Made by a program: the position numbers and the translations under genes. Shown piece by piece: positions 56,762 through 64,000 of a stretch of 64,000 nt of DNA. This DNA comes from Eledone cirrhosa (Eukaryota): positions 83,266,001-83,330,000 of the forward strand of contig OZ024747.1 in the NCBI GenBank assembly GCA_964016885.1, read 5' to 3'. The notes beneath the pieces are model-generated. The model worked only from the letters and a program-made list of their open reading frames with translations. It was not told where the DNA came from and ran no database searches. The first letter of the stretch is position 1. Each line of letters starts with the position of its first letter.

Positions 56762-58653
56762 TTAATAAAAACCACTTTAAAAATACTTTTAGGGAGAGTG
56801 GAGGCATAAATGGTTGAATTGATTAGGCACCGTGGTGCCTGTTTATGATTTCCTTTGGCTTGGAGCAAAACCAACTTTTAGAGGAAAGGGTAATGGGTGA
56901 ATTAGTTGAATGAATAGACTCCAGTATACAATTTTTTTTTTATTGACTGACCTCTGAAGGAGTTTAACTCAGAACATCGAGGAGATGAATAAATACTGCA
57001 ATGCATTTAGTGAAGTGCTCAGCTACGTTTGCCAGCTGATAATGATTTACTAACACTGGCACAAGGCCACATTTTTCTAAGATACAGCAATACCAACATA
57101 TTACTGGTACTTAGTTCATCAACACAGAATGAAAGGCTAAGTTGACCTCTAGCAGCAATAGGTTTTGAATTTGGAATATAAACATAACTAAATACAGTAA
57201 CACATCTGCCTGATGCACTATTTCTGCCAATTAATCAGCTATACTGCAGTCAAAGATTTCTCATTGTGCCAACACAAGGTCATAAATTTGCAAGGCAGGT
57301 GAGAATAGCCAATTGAATTGATTGCAGCAAATTGCTGCTATTAAATTTTATCAACTCAGGAAGAAAATAATGAAAAGTGAAGTTAATATTGGCAGGGTTT
57401 GAACCTAAAAACATGGCTCCCAACTCATTCATAAGGCATTGATCAGCCCACGGTGATAATAGAAACACTTTCCAAAAGTGCCATGCAGTGGAGCTGAATC
57501 TGAAACCACAGTGATGGCTAACTATATGGTGTAAATCATCTATGCAGTCTAGCATTAAATCTTTATCTCCAAATAATAGTTTCTCACAAGGCAGCAGACA
57601 TTTTTTGGAAGAGTACAGTCATTTGAATTAACTTAGCATGTTAACGGTATTGATACTGAAGAAATGAGAAAGAGTCAAACATAACAGAACTTGAAATCAA
57701 AATGTTACTGGATGTGTCGGTAAATGTCTTGCTCAATAACTATACAAAATGTCCTGCAGTGGGATATAGAATTTCGAACCCTAGTTAGGTAGGAGCCAGC
57801 TACCTTTATCCCTTACAGAATTAGGTCCCTAAACAGTCATACAGTTATCAATTTCCTGTTCTGATGGTAGTAACGGTAGTGGAAGTTATTGGCCTTTGAG
57901 GACAACTCTAAATTATAGTGGTTTTCTCCTCTTCAATTGGTCCCATGAAACAGTAACTTAAAAGCTCCCGCCAGCCAGTCTGGGTCCCTCTCCATTAACT
58001 CTTAACAGCCTGTAATGATTTGTAGAAAATATCTAAGAACAGGGGTGGGAAAAGTTTGTTAATTCAAATGTTTACAGTATATTAGTAGCCAGATCATTGC
58101 AAAAATTTGCAGTATTAGAATAAAGATTCATTTTTAATGTGATGCTGTTTTGTATGTTTCAAAAATATTTTACTAATGTGGTTTCATGCAGTACAGGACA
58201 TTAAGAGTTAACATTAAGAATGTTGGAAAGATTTATATATAAAGAAAAACAAGTTGAGGTGTGGATGCGGGAGTCGTCAAACAGAAGCATGGACACCAGA
58301 CTAAATAATGACCCCCTGCTCACTAATATTTCCTTTCTCATACAAAGTTTGGTCTGTCAGTTGGTTGGTGAATTTATAAAGCAGCAATATCCATCAAAGG
58401 AGTAGGTAATTAGTCCTGACTTCTAGCTGGGGCAAAAAAGAAGGTAATGGAAGTTGTATAACAATGCATTTGGCAATGTAAGAGAAATAGATACAACTGG
58501 GAACTGCTACCTTATACCTTACAGTGAAATGAAATGAAGTTTACAGCTCATACCTATGTAGGTTTAGCTGCTAGCCTTCTACAAGGTTGCATCTCATAAG
58601 TGGCTTTTCAAAAGTGATTCAATGATAGAGGGCCCCAGTCCTATCATGAAAAG

Positions 58654-58760
58654 CAATGTGAAATGAAGTGTTTGCTCAAGAACACTTATTCGGTCCAGGA
58701 ACTGAACCCACGACCTTATGATCACGAGTCTTACACCCTAAACCACTAGGCCACATGCCT
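58654..58760 (-). mobile_element. tRNA-derived SINE head (related fragments at ~50510-50600 and ~60870-60970)
   Basis: Reverse complement has A box TGGCCTAGTGG and B box GGTTCAGTTCC, followed by gtgttcttgagcaa. Confidence 0.6.
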
Positions 58761-59059
58761 TCACATACCTTACAGTGCTCATGGAAAAGAAAAAGAAAAA
58801 CAACAACCAAAAAACAAAACAACAACAAAAAACAAAACAAAACAAAAAGGTCCAATAGCTATCTGTGAAAGATGGCAAACTTACAGGCTCAAATGAAGCA
58901 ATATACACAAACAACATTGTTCAAAACACACCATCCCAAACATTCCAGGCACAAGTTAAAATAATTCTTTTTTTTTTTCTGGCTCTTTTTTTCTTTTTTG
59001 TTTCTTTTTTTTTTTAATAAATAAAGATATTGAAAACTATAACGTTGGCAGGAAAAGTG

Positions 59060-59065
<6 letters not shown>

Positions 59066-59116
<51 letters not shown>
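59066..59116. repeat. (TG)n(AG)n microsatellite
   Basis: Direct inspection. Confidence 0.95.
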
Positions 59117-59117
<1 letters not shown>

Positions 59118-60281
59118 GGAAAGGGAGAAAGAGAGAAAGACAATGATAGTCAGAAATTCAGAGATAGGACAGATAGCTAGATAATGAAAGAGTAAGAGAA
59201 AAATTGGGAAAAAAAGTGTGGTATAATATATAATATAACAATATTTTATTTAAACATGACTACAGCAATAATATAGTATAATGTAAACCAGCTGCAGTAA
59301 TAAACAAGTAACTGGTTAAATATTTTTAACAGAAAATGCCTTCCAAAATAAAACCATAAAAATATAAGGACTGAAAAAAGAAAAAGCTTACTAAGACAGA
59401 CAAACACACATATACTATAGATTTTTTCATGAGATCAATCAAGGTTTGATTTTGACACTTTATTATTTAGAGCCTACACTTTTGAGAAAACATTTATCAG
59501 CAAAATGCAACCGTTTAAGAGTAAATTCTGCAATTAGAAGTGTAGGCTAGTGATGAAACTAATAGTATCTGACTGATCACATGAAATATTTACCACTATT
59601 TTTACATATTGGGGGCTCTTTAGTTCTTTATATGAAGTCCACTCAAGTAACTAGACATGTGTGTGCTTTGACATTACATTTAAGTATATCTCCGAACCCC
59701 ATAAGAAACAGTGCTAACTTATAAACACACACACACAAGTTAGATATGGTAAAGACAGAAGAATACTGGCCTTTAACATATCCCAAGTTCAGTAACTCAG
59801 TTTTTCTGTTCAAATCTTACCGAGATGAACTTTCTTTCATATTTCCTGGGTTTAACAAGTATCAGTAATATACAAGGCTGATTCATTTTACTATATGCCT
59901 TCCCTGGAGGTAAAAATATCCCTGTGTTAGGTTAAAATAAATATATATGTATTATATTTTTGTAGATGTTTTTATGAGTAAAAAATTTACAGTGTACTAT
60001 GCATATTGATTGTGAGAGTGTGTAGAGTTAGTATGTTTATATGTGTGGTAGTAAAGTCATATCACTTATCTACTAGACTAATTTACACACACACACACAC
60101 ACACATTGGGCAAGAGTCCTTTCATTAATATTTGTTTAAATTGAAAGTTTAATGGATATTTTCATAAGCCAAAGAAATTATTTAAATTCAAATGAGGCTA
60201 AAAAAAATATAGCTTTTATATTTTTCAGGCTCCTAAACATTAATTTATGAAAACCCCTATTTTATTGATTAAAAAAATAAA

Positions 60282-60313
<32 letters not shown>

Positions 60314-61613
60314 GCTATCGAGAATAAATAATGCCAAACTAGATAAAAAATTCAGTGAATTAAAGATGGCATATTTATACATTTAAAACAAATGATAGTT
60401 ACAAAGGTACTGCTTCATTGAAATGAGCATATTATGACAATAACAACTAAAAACATGTTATATGATTTTTAGTTTATGTTTTTCTATTAATAAAGCTTCC
60501 ATAGTTATCGAATTCTTTTGTGGAATTCAATATAGGATGGTAGATAATGCTAAAAACTAATGTTTTTCTATTTATGTAAATACTCTTCAATCTAATGTAT
60601 TGTAATGGCTCTTTGCTGTAGCTGCATGGTTAACTGTAGAGACAGTGTTGTAGATGTGCATCCAATGTTAAACAAACACACACACGTGAAATATAATATC
60701 TTATAACCACTTATGATATTATGGAAAGTGTTAACCAATTCATTATGACCAAACAGAGTTTCTGTGAGAACAAATAATTATAGAGTCATTGTTTTTAGAT
60801 TTGCTTCTCTACACTTGCATGGATTGGAAAAGCTGCTGCTAGTTCTCATTTACAGATGAGTGAACTGAAGCAATGTAAAATGAAGTGCCTTAAGGATAAC
60901 GCATTACCATGCCCAGGAATCAATACTACAACTTTTTGATTGTGAGTCCAACACACTAACCATTAAGTCATAACTAAAAGCAAAATTGCTCCAGCTGGTA
61001 ATTGAAATGCAGTCACAATCTCAGAATATTGCAGGGTTACAATAGAACTCAATCAACTCAACACATACATAGAAATACACAAAGGAAACCTGTGTGTATG
61101 CAGTGATGCCCATTTCTCTTGTCTGTTTTGTTCCCAGATTCCCCACCATCACATGTCTAATGACCTCCACCCTCATAAACACTTAGTTTTTAAAGGGTGA
61201 TAGCTTTAAGAGACATATGTGTCTTGCTAAAAAAAAAAAAGTGTGGAGGAAATTGATGGATGGATTTGGTGTGTATGTGCATGTGATTTGCAGATATACT
61301 TGTGAGGGGAGTTTAAGGTGACAATAGTTATAGCAGCTACCCACCCTTGTATGCACCCCACTAAATTGCTACTTCTACTCTGCCCCTCCTTCAAAAGCCC
61401 TTTCCTCCCACCTGTTAGAGCCAACACACACACATACCCACTCATCTTCAAGTTAAATTTAACAAGAGCAACAATCCAAAATGGTATCGGCTGTTGTAAA
61501 ACATTAGAAAAAACATTAAGAGACAAACAATAATGAACAAAAATTCAAACTTGAGGAGAGAGAGAGATAAAGTGAGAGAGTGTGTGTTTATATGAATGTA
61601 TATAACAGAAATA

Positions 61614-61715
61614 TCAATGTCTACTGCCATAATAGTGCTGCCACACTTCTTGGATCTTGGTCACCCATTCCTGAGCATGTGACATTGGGTCCTCTAAGTA
61701 ATAAGTGCGGTTTGG
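61614..61715 (-). CDS. PDPK1: 3-phosphoinositide-dependent protein kinase 1, final coding exon (end of PH domain)
   Basis: tctttacag|PNRTYYLEDPMSHAQEWVTKIQEVWQHYYGSRH*; resembles the recalled human PDK1 C-terminus PNRTYYLMDP...KIQEVW; missed by the ORF track. Confidence 0.9.
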   Translation of the reverse strand, partial: PNRTYYLEDPMSHAQEWVTKIQEVWQHYYGSRH

Positions 61716-62527
61716 CTGTAAAGATATAAAGAAATAGCAGAGAAAGTTTTAAAATAGGTAAAACTGTAAAGGTGTACATAACACAAATAATCCCCCCCCC
61801 CCTCACCCCAAAACATTAATCCAAATTTCTAACATTGCTTTGAAACAACAATTTATTAATGTTTTTGTGACAGTAGCACCACTAAATAGTGTTGGGCATT
61901 AGGTATGAAAGTGAGACTACTGTACTACAGCCATTCAACCTAAATATTCCAGAATGTACATGCTCCGAAGTCTAGTGGTCTTGACCGTTGCATCTTTAAA
62001 TAGCTTACTGTGAGCCTTCTTCCTCTCTGAAATTGACGACAAGCCTATTCTTATATTTGGTGGTTTCCTTGATCAGTACTTCCACTGTGATTGTCAACAT
62101 TTAATGGCAAAGAGTGCTGCTATGGATTACATATCCTAAAATATGCATGTTTGCGACTGGAGACTGCCTGCAAAACCTTATTTAAAGTCCACCAAGGATT
62201 AGACGGGTTTTGACAAACCAAATCAGAACTGAAGTGGAGCCACTGGCCTCTTAGATGGGCCAGGAACCCACATCTACTCTGGGTGTCACAACTGAAATAT
62301 CCTTCTGACCTTTTGTTTAGCAGGTTTTCTACAGCTGGATGCCCTTCCTATTACCAACCACTTTACATATAGATCACCAAAACTGGGAGGTTGTCCAATG
62401 AAACTCCCCCAAACTTTTTTTATGCCAATCCAGCTGAAACTACCCATGGTTCCACAATACAAAACTATTTCAAAATGTTTATATTTATCTAAAAGCCTTC
62501 ATCAAAATTTTATGTAAGAACCTTTAA

Positions 62528-63630
62528 CCCTTTAGTGTTCAAACCGCCCGAAACCGGCCAATAACACCCACACTAAAATATTGTTCTAAAAATAAACAAA
62601 CCATCATCAAAATTACCACAAAAGTTAACACTTAATATAGTGAAACAACTTAAAATGACACGTTTTTTTAACGTTGAAAGTAGAACAGATTTTTTGTATA
62701 TCAACATGGCTTGTGAAAGTAGTGATACCGACTTTGAAGGTTTTACACACGACGACATTCAGGATGAACAAGAAACAAAAGATAATATTAGTGATTTATC
62801 TTCAAATGAATCAGATGTTTACATTTCTGAAATTTCATCCAACGATGATTGTTGTTTTGAAAGTGAAAACGAAGGAGATCTCCAGGACGCCATTGAAAAT
62901 ATTACAGCAATGTGGTTGAAAAATATGTTCCCGATTTTATTCAAAATACTGGTCCACAACACACATTAGCTCCCGATGCTAAAGCACTGGATTATTTCTT
63001 TTTGTCTTTACCACAAACTTTCTTCGAAGTTGTGGCAGAAGAGATTAATCGATATACCCAACAACAGATTTCAAATCGAGGAAAACCTGATCTGTTTGGC
63101 GACCGACAGATGCTGCGGAAATGCAAGCATTTTTTACCGTAAATATTATGTTCGGTATAAAACAATTTCCAAAACTGTGGAATTACTGGAGCACTGATAT
63201 AAGGTTTAGTGATCCTTATATATCAAGTATTATGCCGAAAACAACGTATTTAAAATTAAACCAGTATTTGCACCTGGTTGATACTTCAAATGCCCCTATT
63301 AATTAATTTCACCTGCCCATAAAAGTCAAATTTAACCAAAAAAAATCAGGTAAAATTATATAATTGTAAATTATTGATATTTAAACATCTGACAAAATTT
63401 CAAGCTTGCACATAGAAAATTAAGAAAATTACAAACAAATAAAATTGATAACCCTCTTGAGTATGATTAATTCAAAATAATTGTTTCTACTTTTGGCACA
63501 AGGCCAACAATTATTCCAGTGTATTACTGGTACTTTATTTTATCAACTCCGTAAGGATGAAAGGCAAAGTTAACCTCGGCGTGCGAACAGATAAGCATGA
63601 CATTTGAAAATTAATGCGAATGCTAAAGGG
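62528..63630 (+). mobile_element. Internally deleted piggyBac element with a frameshifted transposase N-terminus
   Basis: TTAA-CCCTTTAGTGTTC ... GAATGCTAAAGGG-TTAA; acidic leader (SSDTDFEGF), YFFLSLPQTFFEVVAEEINRY, LWNYWSTD...MPKTTYLKLNQYLHL. Confidence 0.88.
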
Positions 63631-63791
63631 TTAAGTAATGAGAACATTAGTTACATTACTAAATCTCTTGAAATTATTCTAAAGGCATTAACAGTGTCTT
63701 ATAAGAAATATGGTAAAGAAAGAGTTAAGACAATAGGAAAACATACAAATACAGCCAACATCACAAACAATAACAATTAAGACATACTTAC

Positions 63792-63846
63792 TGTATGTAC
63801 AAAATAGATCTTGAAGTTTTTAGCTTCTGGTTTTAATTCTTCCGAC
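63792..63846 (-). CDS. PDPK1: PDPK1 penultimate coding exon
   Basis: ttttgtatag|G-SEELKPEAKNFKIYFVHT|gtaagt; resembles recalled human SQELRPEAKNFKTFFVHT; splices in frame to 61715. Confidence 0.9.
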
Positions 63847-63880
63847 CTATACAAAAGATATTAAGAATTAGCTATGAACT

Positions 63881-63883
<3 letters not shown>

Positions 63884-63936
<53 letters not shown>
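63884..63936. repeat. (GA)n microsatellite
   Basis: Direct inspection. Confidence 0.95.
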
Positions 63937-64000
63937 CACACTAAGTACATGATTTTTTTTTGTGCCTGAAAACTCGTGATTCCAGAGAGCTTCACATGTA

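Overview
Animal genomic DNA, very AT-rich; the repeat landscape suggests a cephalopod such as octopus (inference). Bases 1-39.9 kb are a degenerate (TA)n/(TACATA)n microsatellite field containing RTE-clade LINEs with (GAT)n tails, a 5'-truncated Penelope-like element (PLE; RT + GIY-YIG) with a 1.36-kb inverted arm, a 200-N gap flanked by a probable haplotype duplication, and a 469-bp tandem/inverted array. Almost all of the I/Y/H/T-rich ORFs are microsatellite artefacts. Host genes read from splice signals: first coding exon of a KCTD2/5/17 (insomniac-like) gene (-), a complete five-coding-exon ATP synthase subunit d gene (+), and the last two exons of PDPK1 (-). This order matches two separate human gene pairs. 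Main observation: three sequence-unrelated insertions (the PLE, the 469-bp array and a ~320-bp palindrome) each carry minimal type I hammerhead ribozyme motifs, have the same head-to-head inverted layout with one longer 3' arm, and sit in (TA)n. This looks like an autonomous PLE plus non-autonomous retrozyme-like partners, two of them inside the predicted KCTD intron 1. All alignments and folds were done by eye.
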